A stretch of DNA of 54,404 nt, taken from IMG/VR virus record IMGVR_UViG_3300043446_000267, positions 1 to 54,404 of that record; one strand, 5' to 3'. The notes beneath the pieces were generated by a model. It worked only from the letters and a program-made list of their open reading frames with translations, was not told the DNA's origin and did not search any database. Shown piece after piece: positions 22,001 to 31,500 of this stretch. The stretch comes from a virus. Taxonomy: Duplodnaviria > Caudoviricetes. The stretch's first letter is position 1, and every line of letters begins with the position of its first letter. The position numbers and the translations under genes are program-made.

Positions 22001-25000
22001 TAACTGATGTCGCTAGGGGTTAGTAGGCGATGAGATTGCAATCTGATAGCCAATGCAAATCCTGAAATAGTTGTAACTGAACTATCCAATGACAAAGTAA
22101 CTACTACAGATGTTAAACTAGTGACAGAAACAATATCATAGAATCCATCAATTGTGTCATTAAAGTGAACAATAGCAATCAATGAATCTTCTGTGAGATT
22201 GTGATGATTGTCAAAAATAAAGGTTGCAGTACCGTTTAGATTATTGTTGACACTAGTTAGATGGACTGGATTGTTGTTGTTAGTAATTGATGTAGGAGAG
22301 AAAACGTCCCAATCATTGTTGTGATTTGCGATCCAAACATAATCATTTTTATATAGGTCATTGACACTCGTGCTGTTAAGCCCTGCAAAGTTAAATGCAG
22401 AGTATGTAATATCATCAAAGTTTACATAACCAGCAGAACGGAATATCTCTGTTTCTTTACTAAAGTCAGATAACTTAGAGAATACACTAGGAGTTAATAA
22501 ACTCTTATTGTAGTTTGTCAATGTGTTTAATGCTACATACTGGTGAACACCTTCAGTTTCTTCACCAGTAGTGATACCAATAATATGTGGATTACTACTC
22601 AAAGTGTTTTTATTGATAGTAAGTTCAATGAAGTTTTGATTTGAGATGCCGCCGTACTCACTACTCTTAATTGCCCAATTATCATAAACACTGTAGTTAA
22701 CTTTACCTTGAGGAAGTTCAGCATTATTCAACACGTTGATACTATTTTTAGTTCCCTTAGACTTAATAATATCTTTATATACATTAAACTGAGAAATATC
22801 AGATAAGTTAGCTTGTGCCAAATAATCTCTTGGGCGATAGCCAACTAGCGAGAAACCCAACATGTCTGCATCACTACCTAAGTTACTTCTTGCACCATCA
22901 TAGTACAATGTACTTTCGAAAGCACGTGTACTTGCATTAGGTAACATACCCTTTGATATTAATTCGTATTCAGTTTTTACCCAATCTTGTTTAGAGAAAT
23001 CAATATCAGGTTGGATCATTGAGTTAGCTACCCAATAGTTGTTCTTGTAATGAACAATCATTCCCTTTGGATACTTTTGATTCTCTTTCCACTCATTGAT
23101 ATTCTCTTGGTTTAAGATAAAACCTTGTGTGTCAAATGAACCATTCCAATCAGAAGTTTTCATACCTCTTACATAGAAACGTTGTTGGCGTAAACCGGTA
23201 GTAACATTAAAGATAGTATCATTGAAGATTGTAGTATTATCAAAAATAGCGATATGTTCTATATTACTCAAGTTTGCAGTAAAATATGCGATAGTTTGTT
23301 TTTCGTTAACCGCAGTAATTCTAAATTCTGTACCATTGCGATAGATTGCTAAGTCTTTAGTTTGGATAGGATTTAAGTCTTGATCCAATACATAGTTTTG
23401 TCCTTGCAAGGTTAATGACTGAACGATACTAAATGGTCTATTGACTGCCAAGTGTTTAGCCGCAGGGTTGATACTAATAATACTATTATTTTCCCAACCA
23501 GTGGTCATCCAATACATCAATTCATTTACCATTTGTCTCCAAGTTACTTGAACACTGTTTTCGACAGTATCAAAAATCATACCACATGATTCCAAGTATC
23601 TACCATAGTCAACTAAGAACTGGCAGATGCCTTGATAAGATTGGAATTCAGTTCCATAAGGAACCAATTGAACATTGTCAGTTGAATCTTTGTATAGTTT
23701 AATAGTTGCGTTATTAACTGTCACTGATTCAGTATTACCATTGACCTTTGGGGCAAATGTCTGGAAGTACGCTCTATCTTGACTGTTTCCAGTAATAGTA
23801 AATCCAGATTCAGTCTTTTGTACAATGACACTAGAATAGTAAATTCTGTCGAACGGTTGGTTTTCATGTAATCGTATAGTATAGCTCTCATCGGGTATTA
23901 ACAAGCTACTATTTTTACTATTAGGACTACCTTTTTCTACATAAAAGTTCATCATGTCCTTGTCAGTAAAACCACCGATACGGTATGTTAAGTTTACATC
24001 TAAGTTTTGAATAGTATCTACAATAGCTTGACTACCTGAATAACCAAACTGTTGTAAGTAATCAACCACCCACACGTTGATTGAGTGGTTAGCATAATTT
24101 TCTATTTCGGCTCTTGTTTTTCCTAAGCCACCACCATACACAACCATATCTGTTGGGGCACTACGGAATCTATCGTATACCAAGAATTGATTGAATTCTT
24201 CATTGTAACGATAATAATCTAAATCGGTACCTTGTGTAAAGAACACAGATGGCTTTGTTAGTGCAAATATTCGCATCAAATCAAAAGGCCATGAAGAACT
24301 CTTTAAGTAACTAAATTCTGCTGGTCCAACATCTCCAACTTTCCATGAACGGTTGTATGATGTTGCCTCAGTGAAGCCAATAGTAGTTTCGATAGGTGAC
24401 AACAACTTACCTAATGAGTTAACCGGTAATATCTCACTCAACCCTGGGCGGGCGAACTTTGAATTAATGTATGGATTACCGTCGTTATAGTCATAACCCT
24501 TTTCTAAATCGTCCCACAAGAATGTATTATCACTTGTGTATGGAGCTGCCCCATAGCGGTTAATCCACCATGTTGGCATTTCAGTATAACCCAGCATTTC
24601 CCATGGAGTCGTATCAGGGCTATGAGTATCGTATAACCAAATATACAAACCTCTCCAGCCACCTTGTTTTATTTCACTATTATCAATCTTATTACGTGAT
24701 TGATTATAGTTCCAAGTAAATTGATTATATGTGTCAAAAAATTGAGACTTGTAATCAATACGATTCTTTCCAACCCAGTTTAAGAACTGTGTTGAATATA
24801 TTTTTTGAACCTCATCATATGAGAATTCAGTTTTTCTAAAGAAGCCCGGGAAAATATCTTCTCTTTTTAAAGGTATTTTCGCTGTGGCTTTTAAGTTATT
24901 AAACACACGAAGTTCGTATTCAAATAAAACTTTATCTCTCAAGTCAGTTAATTTACCGTTTACAAATTCACCATATATCTTTGTATATGAACTGTCATGT

Positions 25001-28000
25001 CCAACAATGAATGTTGTAGGTGTAAGGTAAGCTGGTGAAGGATAAGTTTCAACTTCAGGTTCTGTCTTTGGATACAATCCCAACTTAGTCGGAGTACTAG
25101 GAACAAAGTTACCGAACGTTTGGTCATATTCCTTAACGTTGATAACGTCTCCTGGAATCAATTTATATTTGATAGTAACTTGTGGTTCAGATTCACTTAC
25201 AATATAATCTTCATCTCTTACTAATTGAATTTTAGTTTTTTCACCATCCACTGTTCTAGTCAAATATACCAAAACTGAATAGTAGTTAGCGACAGCAAAC
25301 GTATAAGTTCTACTCAACGGATAGTTAACTTCATTGATAGAGTTATTGATAGGGTATGTTCTATTAGAAGAAGGGCTCTTAGACGGCAACATGTCACTCC
25401 AATAGAATGGATTGCTTGTAGTTCTAATAGCCGCAATCTTACTCATAACGTCATCTAAAATTTCATCCACTTGCTGTGTTGAATTGTAGTCCCCAGTTTC
25501 TACTGTGTTGATTAACAATGCTTTAAACTTGATGTACTCAGTTGAGTTGTAGCTTAGTGCGTTAAACAAGTTAAACTCAGGTAAGCGTAGGTACATAGCA
25601 GGCATACCCATTGAACCTGAATTTTGAATAATTCTTGTACCATATGGTACTAAATTTCCTAAGTCACGATAGTTGTTAGCACCAAACGGGTCACCTTCAA
25701 TACTCAAACAGTTGTTACAAATGCTTTTAAAATGTCCTCTGATATCACCCATGTGAATAGTAGTGATTTGACCATTGAATGGATTACTATCGAAGTTTGA
25801 AGGTATTTGATAGTAACCAGTTTTACTTACTTGGTCACTATAAATCATAATTTGCAACGATGTGCTTGTTGCGTTTCTTAGTACTTGGAACGTTGAACTG
25901 TCGGTTGATGATGTAACTGTGTAATCAGTAGATTTTAATCTAGCATTATCTAAATAAACAACTACTGTAGGCCAAGGAGTAGTAGTCTGATCCTTTGGTA
26001 CAACATCACATACAAAAGTAAAGCCTGGTTCTTTAGTTAAGTCAAAATTAAAAATCTGATACTGGAAGCTAGGTCCTATAGCAGTTTGCCAACCAATTTG
26101 TCTAGCATAATCTGTTCGTGTATCATATTTGTAAACATATCCGTGCCCCACGGTGCCAGTTGTAGAGATACCATTAGTCAAATAACTAAATGTATCAGTG
26201 TTCAAAGTTGTAGTGAAAGCAATATCGCCGATATTATCGACTGAACTATATGCTAATGGAATGCCCAAAACAGGATCATCAGCGCCAGTGCCGGTAGCAT
26301 ATTCAAATAATGTGCAACCCTCAAAGTCAGATCCTGGGTATGACGATTGGTCACCGAAACTTACTCCACTTTGGTCGAACACATCGAACTTGGGTGGTTG
26401 ATTTATTAATCTTTTCTGTTGACTTTCATTCCACTGAACTCCGGTATAGTAGTAAGATTTTCCTGCATTGTTGCCGTTTACTATAATAATTTGCTGGTCT
26501 ACACCAATGTCACTATCACTAGCTAATGACAATGTAATAGTAGAGTCTAGCTTGGCTGTTGCAGGATCGTCTTTTACAATACTATTAGATATAATATAAA
26601 TTTTAGAACGAACTTCAGGATTGTTATCTGCGGCAAAAATAATACGTGAACCATCAGATATGTCAACTAGTTGACCGTCTAACATAAACTGATTCTTACC
26701 TGGCAATTCATTCAATGCATCAGTGGTTGTAAAGTCAATGTAATCAACCGGAGCTTTATATTCTGTTCCATGATTGAACAAACGAATACTTGGGTAAAAC
26801 TCGATAATAGGTCTGTTAGCTCTAGCAGTAGTTCCGTTTAACGCTGCTTGGGCAATAGGGCTATTTGGTGTGTGTTGAATTGTAGTTGTCAGTACGTCAT
26901 GGTGGAACCATCGATTACTACGACTCCATGCATTTCTATCTCTACTATTTCTATTAATAGTAATGAAATCTTTGGTTGATGGAACTGACAATGCAGTAGA
27001 GAATGCTTCAGCATCAAACGCTTTAACTTCAAACGGACTACTGAAAGATTCTGTAAACGGTTCTGGTACAACTAATTCATCTACCGGAATTAAGTTGATG
27101 CTCTCACCTACACCCTCAACATAATAAGTACCTTGCTTGTATGTTTCGGGGAAAATAAACCCCGTGAAGGTTACTTTTAATCCATTAGTAAACTTAATGT
27201 CATTAGGACTAGTATATGACTTTTTACCTATAATATCAGTTTCTACATAAATTGCGTTATCACTTGTTTGCTCTAATATTTTAATCTTACCAAACACACC
27301 ACTGTTGCTACCGTCTTGGTAGTAAAGAGTGTCTAGTTTTGCACTTAGATATGGAATCATAAACATTTGTCCATAGCTAGGTTTCACAAAATTACGAGTT
27401 GCAAATTCAGAACCATATAACACTGTTAACTTTTGGTTATTAGGAATAGCCTCATATTCTTCCAATTGAATGACTACATCATTGCCTGTACCTTGATATG
27501 AGATTCTGTATATAAAGTCAGCTACGTTAGTGTAAAGACCATCTTCAAATACGTCAGTTTGTGCAGTATTTGGATTATCAACACCAAACGGAGTACTTGC
27601 AAATAAGTCACCCAAGTATCCGCGTTCATCAGGTTTTGCACCATAGAATATTAGTGTTCTGCCTTCTAATGAATTTATACCGTCAATATCCTGTAATTCA
27701 CGAAGAGGGCGACCATGAATTTTATCAAATGACAATCTAGTTGCCAAATCAATCTCCGTATTACCCGGATAGTTAAAATTATCTTGCTCAGTTGATAGTG
27801 GAACTTTGAACGTGATAGTTCCAGTCGAAGCTCCGTTGTTTGTTACCCCTAAAATTTCACGTGTGTTGATGTTAGTTCTAACTGGATCCATGCCAGTGAC
27901 ACCAGGTACCCCTTGGATGAAAAAGGGATTATCTTGGTTAACTACAAATGTATACTCTCCACCTCTCATCAATGAAATAGTAGGGTTAGATGTTGTTAAC

Positions 28001-28521
28001 GGAACAGTATCCGCTAGAAAGTCATAGGCATTTGTACTCTTAGTAATAGTATAGACTGTGTTGAAATAAACGTTTGAGTTAGTAACTACGACTGTTTCAG
28101 GACCATTTGGCAACCAGTAGTATTGACCATAGTTTATTAACTTATCTAAGTCAGTGAAACTGTCCCATGAATAAAATTGTGACGAGAACAAACGATTGTT
28201 ATCTTCTACCAGTGCACCTTCAGTACTTAACGCATTTAGAATACCTCTGTATGTAATCAAATCCACTACTTCTGCTGTGTTTTTCTTTCTAAACACAACC
28301 GCAGGATCTAACTGATAATCGTTACGATATTTTTCTTTTTCTATGATGTATTTGTCATCAGCTTTTACGCCGTAACCAAACTTACTCCCGATGTACCCCT
28401 GAATCTTCTCAGTATTCGGTTGCTTAACAATTTGGTCAAGTGTTGCACTTAAAAATTGTTCGTTGGTTTTAGTTTTGAAAATTTCTGGAAGAAAATCAAT
28501 CGTTCTGATACGTGTTACCAT
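13075..28521 (-). CDS. Giant (5148 aa) baseplate wedge/receptor-binding structural protein (T4 gp7 position)
   Basis: Uninterrupted 15.4-kb ORF directly downstream of gp6; FG-GAP-like repeats (FVGAPG, VVGAPY, VVSAPT, IVGTPD), BNR/Asp-box repeats (S-x-D/N-G-x-x-W), ESKPYHVVIKDF motif, FCCH-like and CBM-like modules. Confidence 0.75.
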   Translation of the reverse strand: MVTRIRTIDFLPEIFKTKTNEQFLSATLDQIVKQPNTEKIQGYIGSKFGYGVKADDKYIIEKEKYRNDYQLDPAVVFRKKNTAEVVDLITYRGILNALSTEGALVEDNNRLFSSQFYSWDSFTDLDKLINYGQYYWLPNGPETVVVTNSNVYFNTVYTITKSTNAYDFLADTVPLTTSNPTISLMRGGEYTFVVNQDNPFFIQGVPGVTGMDPVRTNINTREILGVTNNGASTGTITFKVPLSTEQDNFNYPGNTEIDLATRLSFDKIHGRPLRELQDIDGINSLEGRTLIFYGAKPDERGYLGDLFASTPFGVDNPNTAQTDVFEDGLYTNVADFIYRISYQGTGNDVVIQLEEYEAIPNNQKLTVLYGSEFATRNFVKPSYGQMFMIPYLSAKLDTLYYQDGSNSGVFGKIKILEQTSDNAIYVETDIIGKKSYTSPNDIKFTNGLKVTFTGFIFPETYKQGTYYVEGVGESINLIPVDELVVPEPFTESFSSPFEVKAFDAEAFSTALSVPSTKDFITINRNSRDRNAWSRSNRWFHHDVLTTTIQHTPNSPIAQAALNGTTARANRPIIEFYPSIRLFNHGTEYKAPVDYIDFTTTDALNELPGKNQFMLDGQLVDISDGSRIIFAADNNPEVRSKIYIISNSIVKDDPATAKLDSTITLSLASDSDIGVDQQIIIVNGNNAGKSYYYTGVQWNESQQKRLINQPPKFDVFDQSGVSFGDQSSYPGSDFEGCTLFEYATGTGADDPVLGIPLAYSSVDNIGDIAFTTTLNTDTFSYLTNGISTTGTVGHGYVYKYDTRTDYARQIGWQTAIGPSFQYQIFNFDLTKEPGFTFVCDVVPKDQTTTPWPTVVVYLDNARLKSTDYTVTSSTDSSTFQVLRNATSTSLQIMIYSDQVSKTGYYQIPSNFDSNPFNGQITTIHMGDIRGHFKSICNNCLSIEGDPFGANNYRDLGNLVPYGTRIIQNSGSMGMPAMYLRLPEFNLFNALSYNSTEYIKFKALLINTVETGDYNSTQQVDEILDDVMSKIAAIRTTSNPFYWSDMLPSKSPSSNRTYPINNSINEVNYPLSRTYTFAVANYYSVLVYLTRTVDGEKTKIQLVRDEDYIVSESEPQVTIKYKLIPGDVINVKEYDQTFGNFVPSTPTKLGLYPKTEPEVETYPSPAYLTPTTFIVGHDSSYTKIYGEFVNGKLTDLRDKVLFEYELRVFNNLKATAKIPLKREDIFPGFFRKTEFSYDEVQKIYSTQFLNWVGKNRIDYKSQFFDTYNQFTWNYNQSRNKIDNSEIKQGGWRGLYIWLYDTHSPDTTPWEMLGYTEMPTWWINRYGAAPYTSDNTFLWDDLEKGYDYNDGNPYINSKFARPGLSEILPVNSLGKLLSPIETTIGFTEATSYNRSWKVGDVGPAEFSYLKSSSWPFDLMRIFALTKPSVFFTQGTDLDYYRYNEEFNQFLVYDRFRSAPTDMVVYGGGLGKTRAEIENYANHSINVWVVDYLQQFGYSGSQAIVDTIQNLDVNLTYRIGGFTDKDMMNFYVEKGSPNSKNSSLLIPDESYTIRLHENQPFDRIYYSSVIVQKTESGFTITGNSQDRAYFQTFAPKVNGNTESVTVNNATIKLYKDSTDNVQLVPYGTEFQSYQGICQFLVDYGRYLESCGMIFDTVENSVQVTWRQMVNELMYWMTTGWENNSIISINPAAKHLAVNRPFSIVQSLTLQGQNYVLDQDLNPIQTKDLAIYRNGTEFRITAVNEKQTIAYFTANLSNIEHIAIFDNTTIFNDTIFNVTTGLRQQRFYVRGMKTSDWNGSFDTQGFILNQENINEWKENQKYPKGMIVHYKNNYWVANSMIQPDIDFSKQDWVKTEYELISKGMLPNASTRAFESTLYYDGARSNLGSDADMLGFSLVGYRPRDYLAQANLSDISQFNVYKDIIKSKGTKNSINVLNNAELPQGKVNYSVYDNWAIKSSEYGGISNQNFIELTINKNTLSSNPHIIGITTGEETEGVHQYVALNTLTNYNKSLLTPSVFSKLSDFSKETEIFRSAGYVNFDDITYSAFNFAGLNSTSVNDLYKNDYVWIANHNNDWDVFSPTSITNNNNPVHLTSVNNNLNGTATFIFDNHHNLTEDSLIAIVHFNDTIDGFYDIVSVTSLTSVVVTLSLDSSVTTISGFALAIRLQSHRLLTPSDISYLPLLDNEFVRNKAWVDYGVDGNWSVYEKTNNYAPSIVDTYGTTSTFGNSVAYSPILGYFFADKGEKKVHRMAYEEMLDIYSTQEILQPLFGRTTPATYGACVVVQGDMLVISQPDNFGTNSFIWIYKLVNTQKVKRAVYQQYIWVSGGGIGQHMTMSGDTNYLYASADSYSGATVFQKNVLPFIDTTGILLKETAPLGSTTLVVTGNKVVDLPSGEEITFSTIDSSITSMIVTAKYSSGTNTTTFYLYDPLTVEIPAGAQILTSSINYSFVGVFTAGNDPTDGFSLSMSTTYNGDMVFVGAPGYDFSQLQRDTGMGYVFERLSETFEVQADSPAMTNTIVVVPWLTSSGTVVSINGVRYDTVLAGTRPAPVWVYPDVFIAGATVILIGPDVFAGDRITVDSVNMVEKQVISAYDNSSQVSNNAMFSQGLDCNISGADLVVGAPYFIDENGVEGHVYRFINEGKKYGVITGILPVTLAEPADILINHFRVSVPAGNAKAVADAINLVALDNIVAEATDDTDDGKLIVRLRNPDLGPINNKLTLTVFDGNVLYYLGISEYTKTQVISSPHVEKGSQFGYSVKFNEYNSFVVSAPTGTRFLGTQFDFTDDANNHNDTAFDNNFTQFVDFTDRAGAVYMYDYLPGYNESLFNSGNYVYAQALDDTVSDLGQKPMYGKSLFYRHNKVIVGTPDFKPAEVGGRVVVFNNALNLQNWNISRTSNDVIDISKIQKAQVFDNVSNTMVAPLDYIDPIQGKLLGVVRHNIDYVSYTDPAGYNTNGYGNIAWGKSQVGHLWFDPTDTRFVNYHQSSISYNSKYWGKVFPGSTVTVYTWVESDVTPAFYAGTGTPYDIEHYTTSSEIDSTGSIVTKYYYWVRGTNKVFTNSGKTLSDAIIETYIKDPQSTGIPYIAFYSASSFGLYNANDMITENTNLYVGYSNTGVDNPSHAAYQMIRDGSPDDFLPGFPTALNNYSDPTGLYLKLIDSFAGLDTMGSMVPNPNIPLLMRIGVSNKPNQSMFVDRLSALKNYLVYVNSILVQYPVYEFKEASWLHTSGATYDTTQYWNYVNWWATGYSDSTKTLLDVDRYYELQTIEAFEGMLVGVNTNSSGRRETYVYNNGAWVRVGLENGTIAFSSSLWNYSTSGFGLGTSFFDTDAYDNYPSMETRYIIRAINEQLFVGELFKYRNEGLILLFEFIQSENIAAHNYLTWLNKTSFIDVGNTVRNLETYPKFQKDDDEMLYGYLQESKPYHVVIKDFFMRYSGLETYSSGVTDFDLPALYNTSLYKFVSPQLVFNPPNATEFAVGDPIWSTQEYVNWYNNIGLQMKGTPNAEVALVAKFITDIDTEIYVDNAYGLPVTGVIRIDDELIGYSHVDRVKGILQGLSRGAEGTDIVEHYPSVKIYMDLPGVVVVDTGRGYIDPPSVKAVVDTTRFPAPTREAVLTPVMSGDKLIGVTVNDPGEGYVTIPEIHISPSLSVGFNDYNIDFNQNTIVINTNKFVTGDLVRFVHLAHSSEVEEQVTGLVDNTFYYVKVLAEIDENTRLISLHSSYAHTIQGDHPIELYTKQELVVTRNVPLADVMTYALEIAAKASPVTKNTRARQIKSILRYDRTSYGSNIEKWEPGMFWPSPFNSLGNDASSTTRMYDDQASVTSASWQGAMLDIVNVNNDQGTVVATVDYSHSNGLEPGQIKGLRMYFYKTFPAYQYDDTANNGAKFKIYRPRFDPTGITNAYYIVMENSGTIYSDNSEIRVRGGLLGGKDGLNDFVLKVRFVTIQNGISIYDIEGIAVGEFKMYYANPVASDQIKVYNDPSFRVPVLYEGFEYGAGDYIFLPEPFSTSAGYKYVVQATVSYQGKVYRCIRSNSDLIFDYAKWAEVDPSDRSLNAIDRVLGYYNPTSDMPGNILQVVQGITYPYNVYKGNVFANDEMLPLDMVLQDMPFYPRDINITSIVYDGINYIATADAADHSVVLVSPDGKTWNTYKVSNKVLGLTGVITTNTPSYIVTANISSAPVLISFDIQNWETLGAYTPYDVIIFGESGFDSTGVQAPRYPMSAIATLYGDYYAVGDKGYVIKSSNGLIWNDVYMIGSKLPNVLKSITVVECFNYAGLVAVGYGMKVISGADSAAPVIEQVGRVLLSVDGSEWNLVDPIFTNEQLHTVTSSEAVIIAAGSNATIYRSNNGVSWTESNVNGVTSSTIRGSIYANGVFVLVGDTGAVLTSDDGIEFYTQTSGTNKNLKSITFDGEYFIAAGDYGVIIRSNDDGVTWQDVSFITSKLPNYTIKGDDFVSGYGPEELVAGIVNDTLSMKVITKPGAFWDTNTLIDTQNDIVYGYTGFGMESKRVTPDFNNKFSFDGILDNPVQIAVFVEDKITGLSTRIYQDITPTSQNPYTYSVNWVSKTITMNMAVATTESVFVEVYDFGNGREVIRTNSISTPLGVNADTGTSQFTLSNYKYVQNFSLFSTSDVNFDPVVFCNGVKLSSNDFEVAFIPEGTRVTFDNLYDPAVDYITFVILSSTLVPEYNNIKFGYSLPETEVFVYADSNTFTLVNYIGGSTVDDAIVELNGNRLSSTQYSFDTNLSTITIIDTLAEGDIVSVTTYHDTKRQQLVTTELDTFETSSFAFVDNTSSIVVSGERYPTITITTKDNHSFVDGDLIRIDGLKGMLELNNTTHYVKVKTAKSFELYEQVTLQGQDLVFFPPTSGSGLGKFIPSGYAWKDEDTVQITSDFTYTTGSRTWVTVNGERVNPENLRYNEDNKLSIMAPISVGDKVMITSMVSDATPGQLIYHISVDKKGNGEIHRVQDNVWLTQPLYVYEDSIHVNNARKLVNNVVENVSAVTTDSGVVAQLSYRIEDLSGLIVQNINTLTTLGKDQYVVKNVNSRPTVIFNSGVSEGDNLVITLQIGHIVEINGEQIHFRTVDYVSNTVSGLTRGIKGTGIRKIHNTESYVHGFNDVTKLDAIFYNNIMSSTDITPMGDPMQISSTPAAKFLRTGSY

Positions 28522-28541
28522 TTATAATTACCTATCGTATA

Positions 28542-31500
28542 TTACTTACTTATCTGTAGTTCAGATGGGGTCAATGCAGAAATAACTGTAATGTCTGTTG
28601 CTTTGGCGGCATTAACAAAAATTTCATAAGGTGCTGAACGAATCTCGTACAACTCACCAAATTTTAAATTAGGGTCATTAGGAACTAATACGACAGAGTT
28701 CACTAAATCACCAATTGCACTATGAAGATACGCACTCAATTCTGAGAAATAGAAGGTATCTCCAAAGTTCCATTTGTCGATACTAAAATATTTGTTCATC
28801 TCGTTCAATACTGCCGAACGAATTTCACTATCACTTGCAGTAGTTGAAGATGACTTAATAACTTTAATTGTAGCTCTCAATGCAGGATCTGCCTTTGATC
28901 CAAACAAAGGTTTAAATCTTACACTGTTAATAATCACGCTATCAGTCAACATCTTGTAGTCATCTACTTTACCATATGACTGGCGAAGTTCGTTGATATC
29001 TGGAACTGAGGGTTCCATCACAACTCCAGTAGAATCTTGAATCCAATTCTGATACTGAGTGTAATAGCTTTGAGTTACAACATACAAATCAATGATATTA
29101 CTTGTAGCTGGATCGATACGTGTAGTATTGGGGCTAGTATGTTTGTATTGGAAATGAAGACCTTGACGTCCGTAACCTGCTCTATAGTTAGCAATTTCAT
29201 CTACTGTAACAATATTCTCAACTGTTGCACTTTCATTGATAATATAAAACTTATTGTCAGGGTATGTATAGAACACTTGACCAACACTAAACTCATACTT
29301 TACGTTTTCGATTGCTGACTTTGTTGTGTAGTTATAAACTACCTCATCTGACGGTACCATTAAGTAGCGAGTCAACATATTTGCATCTAATGCTTGTTTG
29401 AAGAAAACAAAAGTAGATGTGTTTGCACCACCGAAACTAAATCCAGTTATTCTGCTGAAGAAGTCAGGGTCAGTTAGTACAAACTTATTGTTGATGTCTC
29501 TAGAGGAAATTTCTACAGCGTAATCATCTACATAACCATCAGACTCAACATACATTCCGACAACGTTCAATGTTGTATCTCCAATCAATGAATTATTGCT
29601 GTTAGGTTGGCTGTTAGATTTAAGAATGTTAACATGGTCTTGTAACAGTTTACCAGACAATGGGTCGTAAACAATCTTATCTGAATCATATGTAAATCTA
29701 ATTTCTCTTACACTACCAAAATAGTATGCGATAGACTTGTATGTGACCAAATATCTGTCAGTACCAACACATTGGAAGTTGACGAAATATCCTGAATTAG
29801 GATATCCAGTAACACTCCAGCGAGTTTGTGTTGCTAACAAAGAATTTTCAAATGAAAGACTAAAACTTTGATTTGATACTGCTCTAGTTATACACTCTTG
29901 TATAACAGAGTTTGGAATAGTATTACTGAATGATGGTATTACAGAACTTGCAATAGCACCTTCAGGTACAGAAACATTCAATGATACTGGACCTTTGCCA
30001 TTAGACAAATTACCCAAACCGTTGTTATAACCGTCAGTAACTACACCCATCACAGTTGCCCATATATGAGTTTTTGTATTTGGAGTTACCAAACCACTAA
30101 CTAAACGATTCCTATCATCAAAGTATTTACCTGCAGGTGCAGTGAATTTAATCAATGCCCCAGGTGATATGTAACGTGATGTGCTAGAACTATATGATCC
30201 TAATGGAATAGGACCGTTAGTAGTTCTAAAATAGCCAGTCGCTTCTAATGCGGATAAACTAGTTTGATGCCATAATACTGGAGTATATGAACCCACGCCT
30301 AATGTCTCTTGTAAGTCATAGCGTGTATAGTTCTGAACATAGTACTGCAATACTCTATGTCCCTGCAAAACTTTTGCTAAATTTTGAGTAAAGAACGAGG
30401 CGATATCGTTCGTACTTGTAAATGTGAAGTTTAGATAACCATCATTTTCATCAACATATAAACCACCGTCATCCGCAAAATTATTAGTACTTGAATACTT
30501 TGCAGTTGGATCTAGTAAATCTAAGTTGCGAGACACACCTACACTCGAACGGTTCAACGCTTTTGATTTGATGATTGAACTATACAATGTGTATGGAAAG
30601 TTGTTATAATCTTCTCCGTTTACCATACGGTTTTGCGTATAATAACGAGTAGGTGCACGTTCTTTAATGCTTGCCAAACTTTCACGAGTTTGTGCATTGG
30701 TTACAGGTAACTGTAAATCTAATGTTAGTGTTAACGTTTCTGTACGGTTTGTTCTGCTAACATACGGAATGTCGATAGTAACGTTTTGTAATTCAGTTGG
30801 GTCAATAGAATATTCCATCGCATTACCATAACGAACAAAAGCTCTGAAACTACCAACAGGAATTTTACTGAAAACACCGTCGCCAAAACTATAGCTTACT
30901 TGGTCGTTGAATCCAGAGACAACTGAGAATAGTGTTCTAGTTCCACTGTTAGTTTGCAAGTAGTTATTTGCGTAAACGCTATCAACTTGGTCCCATTTAG
31001 TTAGAGAACCAGTTAAAGTGTCTACTTCATATAACCAAGTATCAGTATCATTAATATACTGAATAGGGATATCTACTACTTGATTACTAATACGTTGATT
31101 GACTGTGAAATCATATGTCTGTAATGTACCTTGTTTAAAGTAAACAAAGAAGCCTGTGTTTGGACTTCCATATCCTAAATTGTCATTGCGATATAGCATA
31201 TTGAAAATGCCATTAGGTGCAGGTGGTACTTCATATACATATTCTTCATTCAAACTGGTGGTACTTACTACCTCAAAATCAGTGTTTGTACCATTTATTT
31301 GTGCAGTGAACTTGAATGCCGGTAATGTATTAGTTGTCAAGTTAACTGTATATTCATCTGTCTTAATACCTAAAATAGTATTTGAATGCCCAGGGCGACC
31401 AACACGTTGAGTATTAATCATAGTAGAATTCAATACGGAGTTAAACTGTTCTTGCCAATTTGGGTTACTAGGATCATTCCAAAGAATAGTCAAATTATTA

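Noticed and set aside
10034-28521. Diversity-generating retroelement targeting fibre genes
   Set aside because: No reverse transcriptase in the window and no adenine-mismatched TR/VR pair noticed.
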